NCBI GenBank assembly: GCA_963422375.2
Contig: OY729428.2
Location: forward strand, 960,001 to 1,024,000
DNA length: 64,000 nucleotides
From: Bryobacterales bacterium
Lineage (GTDB): Bacteria; Acidobacteriota; Terriglobia; Bryobacterales; UBA6623
Direction: 5' to 3'
The position numbers were made by a program, and so were the translations under genes. The notes under the pieces were generated by a model. It was not told the origin of the DNA. It saw only the letters and a program-made list of their open reading frames with translations, and made no database searches. Numbering within the stretch: the stretch's first letter is position 1; every line of letters starts with the position of its first letter. This document shows positions 19,264 through 29,324 of this stretch, one piece after another.

Positions 19264-21666
19264 GTGTTTCGGCAAGCCGAGTCTAGCCGCCTGCTAGGCG
19301 CATCCTGGCTGCTCCTCGCGGCGGCCGCCCATGCGGCAACCGCGAACGAGCGCCTCGACACCGCGTTTCGAGACCAAATCCGCCCGCTCCTCGAAACCTA
19401 CTGCGCCCGCTGCCACGGACCGGAGCTCCGCACGGCCGGGATCGCTTTCTCCGACTTCCCGGACCATGCGTCCGTGGTGCGCGCCCGACCGGTCTGGGTC
19501 CGCGCCCTGCGCGTGCTGCGCGAGAACGAGATGCCGCCGGCGGGGCCGCAGCCGAGCGTCGAGGAGCGCCGGCAACTGGTCAATTGGGTCGACGACGCCA
19601 TCAACAACCTCGACTGGAGCGAGTTTTCCCATCCCGGCTCGGTCACGATCCCGCGACTGAACAGGGAGGAGTACAACAACACGATTCGCGACCTGACCGG
19701 GCTCGACTTACGTCCTGCCGACTCGTTCCCGGCCGACGGCCACGGGGAGAGCGGCTTCCGCAACGATCGCGACGGACTCTTCGTCGCTCCGTTGCTGGCG
19801 GAGAAGTATCTCGCTGCCGCGGACGCGGTCGTCTCCGAGCTGATCGAGACGCGCAAGTCCGGCGAACACCTCGGAGTCCGGCTCGAGATCGAGGACTTCC
19901 TGCGCACGGAGACGAATCACGAGTTCACGGCCTACGGCCTGGACCTGCGCAATTACCAGCAGACCGTCTATCGGTACGTGTCCTTCCCGCGCCTAGGGCG
20001 CTACCGGTTCCGCGTCCGGGCTTGGGGCCAGTCCGCTGTCCGCGGCACGGCTCCGGGCATCACCTTGCGGGTCGCCGGGCAAATCGTGGGCCAGGCCCAC
20101 GTCACATCGTCGCCGGACGCTCCGGCGGTCTACGAGTTCGAGGCGAACGTCCCGCGGGGCAGCCACCGCGTCTCCCTGCACTGGTTCAGGTCGAAGACGG
20201 CCGAAACCAATGCGTTCAACCGTCGGCTCGCTGACGAGCGAGCGCTGGCCGAAGCCGCCGCGAAGGCCGCGGGCGAGAAGCCCCCGCCGCGACCGCCGGT
20301 ACTCGTCTCACTTGATTGGGTCGAGATCAAGGAGGATCTCCTCCCCGGCCAGGACGGCTCGCTTGTCTGGGTTGCCGAGCCGAGCGGGAAGCTCTCCGAG
20401 CGCGAGGCGGCACGGCGCATCCTGCTGCGCTTCGCCGAGCGCGCGTACCGCGGGCCCGTGGGCCGGGGCGAGCTGAGGCGCCTGGCGAGCCTGTACGCGG
20501 GGGCCGCCCGGCGCGGAGACCCGTTCAGGGAGGCCGTCGGCCTCGGGCTGCGGGCCGTGCTGGTTTCGCCTAGGTTCCTGTATCGGGCCGAGCGCGGCGG
20601 CCAGCATTCCGGCGAGTACCGCCTGAACGACTACGAACTGGCGTCGCGGCTGGCGTACTTCCTCTGGATGTCGATGCCGGACGAGGAGCTGATCGAACTC
20701 GCGCGTCGGCGAGAGCTGCGCAACGAGGGCGCCCTCGCCCGGCAGGCGAGGCGCCTGCTGGCCGACCAGAAGTCCAAGTCGTTCACGGCGGCCTTCGCGG
20801 GCCAGTGGCTGGGTTTCGCGGAGCTCGGCGGGGCCATCAAGCCCGACGACGTGGCGTTCGAGACCTTCACGCCAGCGCTCGGCGAGGCGATGAAGGAGGA
20901 GGCCCGCCGCCACTTCGACGGAATCGTCCGAGAGGACAGAAGCCTGCTGGAAATCCTAGACTCCGACTACAGCTTCCTCAACGAGGAGCTGGCGAGGCAC
21001 TACGGAATCAAGGGCGTGGCCGGCCGGGAATTCCGGAAGGTCGCGCTTGACGACAGCAGGCGCGGCGGCGTCCTAGGCATGGGCGCCGTCCTGACCGCTA
21101 CCTCGCTGCCCACGCGCACGAGCCCGGTAGTGCGCGGGAAGTGGGTGCTGGAGACGATGCTGGGCGAGCAACTGCCCCCTCCTCCCCCCGACGCGGGGGA
21201 ATTGCCGCAGTCCGGCGAGAGCTGGGAAGGCATGACCTTGCGGCAGGTGTTCGAGATGCACAGGGATGAGCCGCGCTGCGCAGCTTGCCACGATCGCATT
21301 GACCCGATCGGGTTCGGACTGGAGAACTTCGACGCCATCGGGCGGTGGCGCGACGAGGACAACGGGCAGCCCGTCGACGCGACCGGCACGCTGCCTAGTG
21401 GCACGCGATTCGACGGCCCCGTCGAACTCAAGCGAATCCTCTTGGCGAGGCGCGAGGATTTCGCCCGCATGGTGAGCGGGGAAATGCTGAAGTTTGCACT
21501 CGGTCGCGATTTGGAGTACTATGACCAGCCAGCGGTCCGAGAGATCAGCGATTCGGTGATTCGCAGCGGATACAGCGCCTCGGCGCTGATTGCCGGCATC
21601 GTCAAAAGCTACCCGTTCCGCTACCGGCGGAGCGCGACGGACACAGACGAGGAGGCGAACCGGTGA
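19264..21666 (+). CDS. DUF1592-type cytochrome c protein (copy 2)
   Basis: CARCH and CAACH; PRLNREEYNNTIRDL, LASRLAYFLWMSMPD, RTSPVVRGKWVLE, GFGLENFDAIG. GTGA overlap with the next gene. Confidence 0.92.
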   Translation: MFRQAESSRLLGASWLLLAAAAHAATANERLDTAFRDQIRPLLETYCARCHGPELRTAGIAFSDFPDHASVVRARPVWVRALRVLRENEMPPAGPQPSVEERRQLVNWVDDAINNLDWSEFSHPGSVTIPRLNREEYNNTIRDLTGLDLRPADSFPADGHGESGFRNDRDGLFVAPLLAEKYLAAADAVVSELIETRKSGEHLGVRLEIEDFLRTETNHEFTAYGLDLRNYQQTVYRYVSFPRLGRYRFRVRAWGQSAVRGTAPGITLRVAGQIVGQAHVTSSPDAPAVYEFEANVPRGSHRVSLHWFRSKTAETNAFNRRLADERALAEAAAKAAGEKPPPRPPVLVSLDWVEIKEDLLPGQDGSLVWVAEPSGKLSEREAARRILLRFAERAYRGPVGRGELRRLASLYAGAARRGDPFREAVGLGLRAVLVSPRFLYRAERGGQHSGEYRLNDYELASRLAYFLWMSMPDEELIELARRRELRNEGALARQARRLLADQKSKSFTAAFAGQWLGFAELGGAIKPDDVAFETFTPALGEAMKEEARRHFDGIVREDRSLLEILDSDYSFLNEELARHYGIKGVAGREFRKVALDDSRRGGVLGMGAVLTATSLPTRTSPVVRGKWVLETMLGEQLPPPPPDAGELPQSGESWEGMTLRQVFEMHRDEPRCAACHDRIDPIGFGLENFDAIGRWRDEDNGQPVDATGTLPSGTRFDGPVELKRILLARREDFARMVSGEMLKFALGRDLEYYDQPAVREISDSVIRSGYSASALIAGIVKSYPFRYRRSATDTDEEANR

Positions 21667-22994
21667 GAGGCAGGCAGATTTCGAGACGCACGGTGCTGCG
21701 GGGGATGGGCGTGTCGCTTGCCCTGCCCCTGATGGACGTGACCGAGCCCGCGAGAGGCGCGGCCCGCCTGGCAGCTTCGCAGGACCCCGTGCGCCTCGCG
21801 ACGCTGTTCCATCCCAACGGCGTGTACCCGCCGAACTGGGATCCGGAAGGAACCGGCCGCGATTACAAGCTCTCGCGCATCCTCGAGCCGCTGGAGCCGG
21901 TGCGAAGCGACGTCACCGTCATCTCGAATCTCTGCACGGGCGCCAAAGGCCACGTGGGCGCCACGTCGGCGTTCCTGACCGGCACGCCTCTCCACAAGAA
22001 GGCGGCCGGACGGATCAACACCCCCGACATGGGGACGTCGCTGGACCAGTTCGTCGCTGAACGGATCGGAGCGCAGAACAGCATCGCGTCGCTCGAGGTG
22101 GGTGCCGAGCCACCGCGCTCGGGCGGGGAGAACGGCTTGGCGATCTCGTACGCCAACACCGTCTCGTGGCGTTCCGACAGCACCAAGGTGGATCCGGAGA
22201 TCGAGCCGCAAGCCGTCTTCGACAGGCTGTTCGGCGTGAGCAAGAAGACTCGCCGGGAGCTCCGGGACGAAGCGAGCATCATCGACCACGTCCTCGACGA
22301 CGCCAAGGCCCTGCGGGCCCGCGGCAGCGCTGCCGACCGACGCAAGCTGGACGAGTTTCTCGCGTCCGTGCGAGAGGTCGAGCAGCGGATCGAGCGCAAC
22401 CTCAGCCCGTCGAATCCCGAAGCCGACTGGAAGCCGCTGGTCGAGCCCGATCTCTACCGCCCGGAGGCTGGCATCCCGGCGACACGCGACGAGCACTTGC
22501 GCCAGATGCTGGATCTGATCGTTCTAGCCTTCCAGACGAACACGACCCGCGTCGCGACATTCATGATGGCGCACGGCTTCAGCCGACAGAACTTCACGTT
22601 CCTCGAAGGAGTGAGCGGGGACCACCATTCGATCTCGCATCACAAGGAGAGCCCGGAACTAACCGAGCCCTACACGATCGTCAGCAGCTGGTACGTCTCG
22701 CAGCTGGTCTACCTCGTGGAGAAGATGAAGGCGGTGCCGGAGCGACACGGCAGGACCTTGCTGGACAACACCATGATCCTGTACGGCTCGGCCCTCAAGA
22801 ACGGCAACGGGCATACAACTAAGAACCTGCCGGTGCTGCTCGCCGGTCGCGGCGGAGGCAAGCTGAATCCGGGCAGGCGCATCGTGCTTCCCGAAAACAC
22901 GCCCGTCACGAACCTCCATCTGAGCCTGGCTCGCAACATGGGCGTCGAGGCGGGCCAGTTCAACGCTAGTACGGGACCAGTCGCGAACCTCTAG
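21663..22994 (+). CDS. DUF1552 (HXXSHH) protein (copy 2)
   Basis: SRRTVLRGMGVSLALP; HHSISHH; TLLDNTMILYGS. Confidence 0.92.
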   Translation: MRGRQISRRTVLRGMGVSLALPLMDVTEPARGAARLAASQDPVRLATLFHPNGVYPPNWDPEGTGRDYKLSRILEPLEPVRSDVTVISNLCTGAKGHVGATSAFLTGTPLHKKAAGRINTPDMGTSLDQFVAERIGAQNSIASLEVGAEPPRSGGENGLAISYANTVSWRSDSTKVDPEIEPQAVFDRLFGVSKKTRRELRDEASIIDHVLDDAKALRARGSAADRRKLDEFLASVREVEQRIERNLSPSNPEADWKPLVEPDLYRPEAGIPATRDEHLRQMLDLIVLAFQTNTTRVATFMMAHGFSRQNFTFLEGVSGDHHSISHHKESPELTEPYTIVSSWYVSQLVYLVEKMKAVPERHGRTLLDNTMILYGSALKNGNGHTTKNLPVLLAGRGGGKLNPGRRIVLPENTPVTNLHLSLARNMGVEAGQFNASTGPVANL

Positions 22995-23194
22995 GCTTCC
23001 GCCTGTCGCATCCCGCCCAAGGGGCGAGGGCCGCAATCGTCCTCCAGACGCTTGCCCTTGGGTATGGCAGCAGGCTTTCCGCGAATGGGTGTCGACCAAT
23101 GCCTTGTAGGATGTCGCCACATTGATGGACATCCGGCGGACACGGTCGACGGTTGCCGAACCAAGACCTCGGTAGACGAGAGGGTACTGGATGA

Positions 23195-24427
23195 CTACCG
23201 GGGGCGTTCTGCAGCCGGGTTAGCGTCCGCCTCGGACTGACGTGCCTGGTCCAGCACGATCACTAGAGCGCGTGCGGTGTCCGCGTCGTCTGGGTCGTGT
23301 CGCAGTATTGCCTCAAGCTCCTCGATGCCCTCCCTCCAGCGTCCCAGTCTGCACAGCACGAGGGCGAGGTTGCGACGTGCCACCGCATTGAGGGGCTCGA
23401 TTTCGAGCACGTCCCGGTACTTATCGAGAGCTTCCGCGTGTTGACCGGCCTCGTCGAGTCGCACAGCCTCCGCGTGCAGACGGGCAGTCTCTATCTCGTT
23501 CTGCCGGGCCTTGTCGGACGCCCCAATCATGCGCGCCAGCTCCCGGCGATACTTCAGCGACTCGCTCCGGCGACCGGCCTTGTGCAGGGAACGTGTCAGG
23601 TTATACAGAATCGACTGGTCGTCGGGCCGAAGATCGTGCGCTCGGAGGAAATGGGCTGCGGCGTTCGCGTGGTCTCCGCGACGCTGCAGTTCCTGTGCCA
23701 GATGGTAGTGGGCGTCGGGACTTCCGGGGTCCAGGTCAACGGCCTTGAGGAACAGCGAATGGGCCTCGTCCTCAAGCAGGAGCCCCTTGCGCGCCAGACC
23801 GAGGGCCAGAAAGGCATCGCCGCTCTGGGGATCCAGATCCGTCGACCTCTCGAACTCGCGGGCCGCTTGCTGCGTCCGGCCGCGCTCGGCGAACAGCTTG
23901 CCGTTGAGAAAGTGCAGCCTCGCCAGCTTGCGACGGTCCGTCTCGAGGCGCAGCGCGCTGGCCAAGTGGGCGGCGGCCCGGTCGAACTCGCCCCTCGCGG
24001 CGAGGATCAGCCCGAGGTTCAGGTGGGCATCCCCGAGATCGGGGTCCAAGGACACCGCCCGCTCCAAGACTTGGAGAGCGGCGTCGGTCTCTCCCAGACG
24101 GGCGAACGCGGCCCCTGCGCCTGCATGAACGCGCGGGCGGTTGGGTCCCAGCTCGATCGCCCGCAGCAGGGCCTCCACGGCCTCGTTGCGACGGGGCACC
24201 AGCGACAAGGCCATTCCGAGGCTGAGATGGACCTCGGCATCGTCCGGCCTGTCGCTCGCCGCAGCCTCCAGCAGGGCGATCGCTTGGCTGACGGCACGCC
24301 GCTGGATCAATTCGGACGCCCGGGCGACGCGCCGGTCGACCTCGTGCGCGGCCGGCTGCGCCTGTCCGCCGGTCCCGCCCGCGAGCGCGGCGAACAAGAG
24401 ACTGGCGGCTAATTCGCGGGTGGCCAT
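23195..24427 (-). CDS. Exported TPR protein
   Basis: Signal peptide (MATRELAASLLFAALAGG) and continuous TPR motifs; directly downstream of the TonB-dependent receptor. Confidence 0.85.
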   Translation of the reverse strand: MATRELAASLLFAALAGGTGGQAQPAAHEVDRRVARASELIQRRAVSQAIALLEAAASDRPDDAEVHLSLGMALSLVPRRNEAVEALLRAIELGPNRPRVHAGAGAAFARLGETDAALQVLERAVSLDPDLGDAHLNLGLILAARGEFDRAAAHLASALRLETDRRKLARLHFLNGKLFAERGRTQQAAREFERSTDLDPQSGDAFLALGLARKGLLLEDEAHSLFLKAVDLDPGSPDAHYHLAQELQRRGDHANAAAHFLRAHDLRPDDQSILYNLTRSLHKAGRRSESLKYRRELARMIGASDKARQNEIETARLHAEAVRLDEAGQHAEALDKYRDVLEIEPLNAVARRNLALVLCRLGRWREGIEELEAILRHDPDDADTARALVIVLDQARQSEADANPAAERPR

Positions 24428-24557
24428 CGACTTCACGGAGACTGCAGGGCTCGCGAGCCCTCCGGAACGACGCGTCCGGTCCCTGCCCGCTTCTCGGCAG
24501 GCCCGCGGGCGGCAATCGGCCGAACCGGCCACCGCGCCTCGGGCCCCCGGGAACGGG

Positions 24558-27500
24558 TCAGAAAATTATCTTTAGCCCGAATTGCACCTGGCGTATCGGC
24601 GCGATCGTGCTGGTGACCCTCCCTGCAGTTGGGGACAGCACTGTGGAATCGGGAGAGCCGTAGTTGACGAGATTGAAGAGGTTGAAGAACTCGGAGCGGA
24701 CTTCCACCCAGCGCTCGTCTCCCCAGCCGAAGCGCTTGAACAGGGAGAAGTCGAAGAAGGTCACGTTCTCGGAATTGACCAAGCCGCGCCCGGCGTCGCC
24801 GAAGCTGCCGAAGTCCGGCACGGCGAAAGCGTCCGGATTGAACCACCGCGCCGAGGACCCGGCGCCCGAGTTCGGGTCGCCAACCAAGTTGGGCCGCATG
24901 TAGCTCCACCAAGCCACCGTGTTGCCGATGTTGGCCACGTCTCCGTTCACAACCATGTTGATCGGCTGCCCGCTACGGACCTGGAGCAGCGAGTTCGCGT
25001 GCCAGTTGCCGAGAACCCAGGCCGCCGGGCCCCTGTTGAAGACTCGCTTGCCCTTGCCGGCCGGGATCTCCCATACCGAGGAAACGGACAGGAAGTGCGG
25101 AATGTTGTAACCGGCGACGCCCCTGTTGCTTTCCAAGTTGTAGAAGTCCTGGACGTAGGAGCTCCCCCCGGCGCCGTTCTCGGCAGTGAAGAAGCCGCTG
25201 GCGCCGTTGTCAATCGCTTCCGACCAAGTGTAGGACGCCAAGAACGAGAGGCCGTCGGAGAACCGCCGCTCGGCCTTGAACTCGAGGCCGTGGTAGTCCG
25301 ACTCACCGCGGTCGTCGCCCCAGAACACGGTCGGCATGTGCGGCTGGGGCTTCCTAGCCGTGACCTCTTCCGCGCTCCCCGGACCGGGCCTCGCGGTATT
25401 CCCCAAGCCCGTGATCTGCAGGCGCCGGCTCACGCTGCCGACATACCCGGCCGACAGGACTAGGTTCTGGCTGACCTGCTGCTGGAGCTCAACATTCCAT
25501 TGATGGCCTACCGGATTCTTGTTGTTGTGATCGACGCACCAGCACGTGTCGCCCCAAGGCTGCGGGCCGGGTAGCGGGCTGCCGAGCTTCGTGCGGAGCT
25601 CTTCCACGAGGCGCACCGGCTCGCCCGGAGCGTTCGAAGGCTCGAAAAAGCCCGTGTTGGAGGGCCACCCGCCGATTCCCTGCCACGACTGGTTGACCCC
25701 GGTCAGCTGGTCGAACACGATGCCGTAGCCGACGCGCAGGACAGTGGTCGGGTTCATGCTCCACGCCAGGCCGAACCGAGGCTGCCAGTTGTCCCAGACC
25801 GGGATCGGTCCGATGCTCTTGTGATGAGCGAGGCGGATGAAGTCCCCGTGCGGCACGTCCTGGAGCCCGTCTCCGGGTATGCACGGGGCGACCCCGGCCT
25901 GGTTGCACGACGGCGGCATCGAGTCGAGACCAATCAGGAAGCCGCCCGAAGCTAGGTCGAAGTTCGTCTTGAAGGCGCCCGAAGCGGATTCCACGTCCGG
26001 CCACATCAGGTGGTCGAAGCGCAAGCCGATGTTGAGGGTCAGGTTCGGCCTCAGGCGCCACTCGTCCTGGGCGTAGGCTCCGAACGTCTGGTATCCGAAG
26101 AATACCTGTTGCGGCAAGCCGCCGGAAACCTGCGAGGGCACGCCGATCAGGGCCGACGCCACCGGGTCGCCCGTAGTTCCCACCTGGTCCGGGCGCAGGC
26201 CCTGCGTGGGAACTTCGGTGAAGTTGAAGCTGATCGAGCCGGTCGAGCCGGGCGTGAGCGTGTGGCGCAGTGTCTGCACGCCGAACTTCAGCGTGTGGTT
26301 GCCGCGAATCCAGCTCAGGTTGCCGGTGTAGTGATACTGCTCGTAGTAGAACTCCAAGGGCCCTTCCATGCGGCGCAGGGCGCCTACGTCGCCGCCGGCG
26401 AAGCCGCCGCTGCCGATGGCCATTCGCGGAATCGGCTGCACGCCGTCGATAGTGCCGAATCCCGCTGCCACGGCGGGTCCGCCCCCCACCGAATCGTCCG
26501 GCAGCGTTCCCTGCCGGTAAGGCTCCTTGGCATAGCCGTAGCTGTGGTCCATGATCACGGTCGGGGAGAAGCTGTGGAACCATCCGCCGCCGTAGTTGAA
26601 GAAGGGGAATTCTCCGACCTCGTTGATCAGCTGGGTCGACGGCGTGAGCTGCGCGCCGTCGATCTTGCTGTAGCGGAACCAGGCGCGGTCGAGCTCGCTG
26701 AACTGGTGATCGACGCGGATCTGGAAATTGTTAGCGTCGTTCGTCGCCGCGTCCCCGTTGATGACATTGAACTGCGGATCGCCTGACAAGTTCGGCTTGT
26801 CGTAGTAGCCCCTCAGGTACGTCTGCATCGACTGGTTGAGGCTGGAGGAAGGAATGACGTTGTTCGGGTATTGGTCGCGAACGAAGCCCTCGCCGGACGG
26901 ATCCGCCCTCGTCGTGAGGGGATCGTAGAGGTTGCGCCCGGTCGGCCAGGCGGAAAAGTCGCCGTTCAGCTGGGCGTCCGTCGGCACGTAGTAGCGGTTC
27001 GAGCGGGGATTGCTGAAGCGCCAGCCCTCGTACGCGCCGAAGAAGAACGTCTTGTTCCGGAAGATCGGGCCCCCGACCGCGGCCCCGAACTGGTTCTGGC
27101 GGAACGCCGCCGGCTTGGTATTGAACTCGTCCTGGAAGGGGTCGCGCGCGTTGAGGACGTCGTTGCGCACGAATTCCCACACCGTGCCGTGGAACTCGTT
27201 CGTGCCGGTCTTGGAAATGACGTTGATGATGCCGCCGAGCACTCCGCCGAACTCGGCCTTGTCGTTGTGGGACTGGACCTTGAACTCCTCTATCGCGTCG
27301 ATGATCGGCGGGATGACGTACATGTTGCCGATGTAGTTGGTGTTGTTCAGCCCGTCGAGCAGGTGGATGTTCATGCGGTTCCACTGGCCGTGAATCGACG
27401 GATTCGAGAACGACGCGCCGGGAACCCCCACGTTGGCGAGGTCGTGGCTGCCGATGCCGCTGCTCTGAGCCGTGCTGATGGGCGTCGCGCCGGGCGTCAG

Positions 27501-27989
27501 CGTCAGAAGCTGCGTGAAGTTCCGTCCGTTCAGCGGCAGATCCTCGACGGCTTTCACGCCGATGACCGTGCCGAGTTCCGAGGTCGACTGCTGCAGCTGC
27601 TCGGCCTGCGCGACGACCTCGATCCGCTCCGTGACGTCACCCACCTGCAGGGACACGTTCTGCGTCACCGTCTGGTTCACGCCGACGTTGAAAGTCGGCA
27701 GGACCGCCGTCTTGAAGCCAGCCTGCTCGACTACCAGCGTGAAGTTGCCCGGCTGGACATTCACGAGCACGAAGAAGCCGCTGGCGTTGGACCGGGTCGT
27801 GACTTCGACCCCAGTCTCGACGTTGGAGAGCGTCACAGACGATCCCGGCAGCACCGCCCCGGTCGGGTCGGTGACCGTCCCGTTGACGCCTCCGGTCGTG
27901 CTCTGCCCGAACGCGGGCGCGACCGTCAGCAACAAACCGGCAAGAAGGAGCCTGCCGGCTGCGCCAGTGCGCGACGAAACTGTTCTCAT
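24558..27989 (-). CDS. TonB-dependent receptor with N-terminal carboxypeptidase-regulatory-like domain (Oar-like)
   Basis: GTVTDPTGAVLPG, LPLNGRNFTQLLTL, DAIEEFKV, KTGTNEFHG, QNQFG, AYAQDEWR; terminal QFGLKIIF. Confidence 0.93.
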   Translation of the reverse strand: MRTVSSRTGAAGRLLLAGLLLTVAPAFGQSTTGGVNGTVTDPTGAVLPGSSVTLSNVETGVEVTTRSNASGFFVLVNVQPGNFTLVVEQAGFKTAVLPTFNVGVNQTVTQNVSLQVGDVTERIEVVAQAEQLQQSTSELGTVIGVKAVEDLPLNGRNFTQLLTLTPGATPISTAQSSGIGSHDLANVGVPGASFSNPSIHGQWNRMNIHLLDGLNNTNYIGNMYVIPPIIDAIEEFKVQSHNDKAEFGGVLGGIINVISKTGTNEFHGTVWEFVRNDVLNARDPFQDEFNTKPAAFRQNQFGAAVGGPIFRNKTFFFGAYEGWRFSNPRSNRYYVPTDAQLNGDFSAWPTGRNLYDPLTTRADPSGEGFVRDQYPNNVIPSSSLNQSMQTYLRGYYDKPNLSGDPQFNVINGDAATNDANNFQIRVDHQFSELDRAWFRYSKIDGAQLTPSTQLINEVGEFPFFNYGGGWFHSFSPTVIMDHSYGYAKEPYRQGTLPDDSVGGGPAVAAGFGTIDGVQPIPRMAIGSGGFAGGDVGALRRMEGPLEFYYEQYHYTGNLSWIRGNHTLKFGVQTLRHTLTPGSTGSISFNFTEVPTQGLRPDQVGTTGDPVASALIGVPSQVSGGLPQQVFFGYQTFGAYAQDEWRLRPNLTLNIGLRFDHLMWPDVESASGAFKTNFDLASGGFLIGLDSMPPSCNQAGVAPCIPGDGLQDVPHGDFIRLAHHKSIGPIPVWDNWQPRFGLAWSMNPTTVLRVGYGIVFDQLTGVNQSWQGIGGWPSNTGFFEPSNAPGEPVRLVEELRTKLGSPLPGPQPWGDTCWCVDHNNKNPVGHQWNVELQQQVSQNLVLSAGYVGSVSRRLQITGLGNTARPGPGSAEEVTARKPQPHMPTVFWGDDRGESDYHGLEFKAERRFSDGLSFLASYTWSEAIDNGASGFFTAENGAGGSSYVQDFYNLESNRGVAGYNIPHFLSVSSVWEIPAGKGKRVFNRGPAAWVLGNWHANSLLQVRSGQPINMVVNGDVANIGNTVAWWSYMRPNLVGDPNSGAGSSARWFNPDAFAVPDFGSFGDAGRGLVNSENVTFFDFSLFKRFGWGDERWVEVRSEFFNLFNLVNYGSPDSTVLSPTAGRVTSTIAPIRQVQFGLKIIF

Positions 27990-28456
27990 CGAGGTTTCTC
28001 CTGCTTCTGCCTGCATGGACGCACCTCAACCGGCCCGGCCCCGCTTGGCCGTACCCTTGACCCGATCCGTCTGTTGGCAGGACAATAACACACGAGCATC
28101 CGGACCTGCAATTCCGGAGATCGGTCGGCTTGCCGAGGGGAGCGGCAAGGGGTTGCGATCCATCCGGGCCCCCGCGGGCGCTGGAGAGTCTCCTCGGCGG
28201 ATCGAAACACCCTGCAGATGGCTCGCACGGGCTGTTGCGGGTCCCGTGCCCGCGGCTCGCTCAGCGTGACAGTGACAGGCAAGCCTTCGTACGATGCAGA
28301 CGCCGGTCTGCGCCGCTCTCGCATGGCGCCATCCCTCGGCGTGAAGCTGCTCCGCGCTCCCGGCACCGGACTCCACTCAGGCCCTCGGAGCAGGCTGCGC
28401 CGACGCTCTCTCCGGGCGTCGGACACGCCCGCCGGGATAGCCGAGAATACGAAGCG

Positions 28457-29311
28457 ATGACGCGCTGCACTCGCGAGACAGTTCGCCGGGTCTGCGACGG
28501 CCTCGACCACCCCGAGGGCCTTTGCTTCGCCCCGGACGGCTCGCTTCTGGCCGGGGGCGAGCGCGGCCAAGTGTATCGCATCGAACCGGAAACGGGCACG
28601 GCTGACACGTTAGCGGTGACAGGGGGATTCCTGCTGGGAGTCTGCGCCGACCGCGCGGGCGCGGTCTACGCTTGCGACGCGGGACGGAACGAGGTCCTCA
28701 GAATCGCGCCCGGCGGTTCCGTCGGCGTCCTGCCCGCCCCTCCCCTCGACAATCCCAACGACTGCGCGTTCGACGCCGCGGGGAACCTGTTCTTCACCGA
28801 ATCGGGTACCTATCACCCGACACGGTGCAGCGGGCGGCTTCACGTAGTCACGCAAGCGGGTGAGTCGACGTGCATCCATCCGGGACCGTTCCGCTTCGCC
28901 AACGGCATCTTCGTCGATCAAGACGCGTCGTTGCTGTACATGGTGGAGAGCACTGCGCCCAGCGTGCTCGCCTTCCGCTTAGAGGGATCCGCGCTTGCGA
29001 GCCTCGAGCCCGCGAGGCGGGTCGACCTAGAGCCGGACACCGTTCCCGACGGCGTCGCCCTCGACAGCGAAGGCAATGTCTACGTCGCCTTCTACTCCCC
29101 GGACCAGATCGGAGTGATCCGGCCCGACGGGAGCTTCGAGGTGCTCTTTCGGGACTTCCTAGCGGAATGGATGAATCGGCCCACGAATCTCGCCCTCGCC
29201 GAGAACGAGATCTACTTCGCCAATCTCGGCGGCTGGCACATCGGCGCGGTGGAGCACCCGCTGAGCCCTCTCGCCCCATGCATCCCGGAACGAGGTCCGC
29301 TGCCCGGCTGA
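28457..29311 (+). CDS. SMP-30/gluconolactonase-family protein
   Basis: LDHPEGL, PNDCAFD, FANGI, PDGVALDSEGNVYVA, PTNL. Confidence 0.88.
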   Translation: MTRCTRETVRRVCDGLDHPEGLCFAPDGSLLAGGERGQVYRIEPETGTADTLAVTGGFLLGVCADRAGAVYACDAGRNEVLRIAPGGSVGVLPAPPLDNPNDCAFDAAGNLFFTESGTYHPTRCSGRLHVVTQAGESTCIHPGPFRFANGIFVDQDASLLYMVESTAPSVLAFRLEGSALASLEPARRVDLEPDTVPDGVALDSEGNVYVAFYSPDQIGVIRPDGSFEVLFRDFLAEWMNRPTNLALAENEIYFANLGGWHIGAVEHPLSPLAPCIPERGPLPG

Positions 29312-29324
29312 GAGGAGCGTCGAG

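Noticed and set aside
28017..28456. Possible cobalamin or other riboswitch upstream of the TonB-dependent receptor
   Set aside because: No B12-box or other recognisable riboswitch consensus on the minus strand; only a short hairpin (cttgccg...cggcaag)
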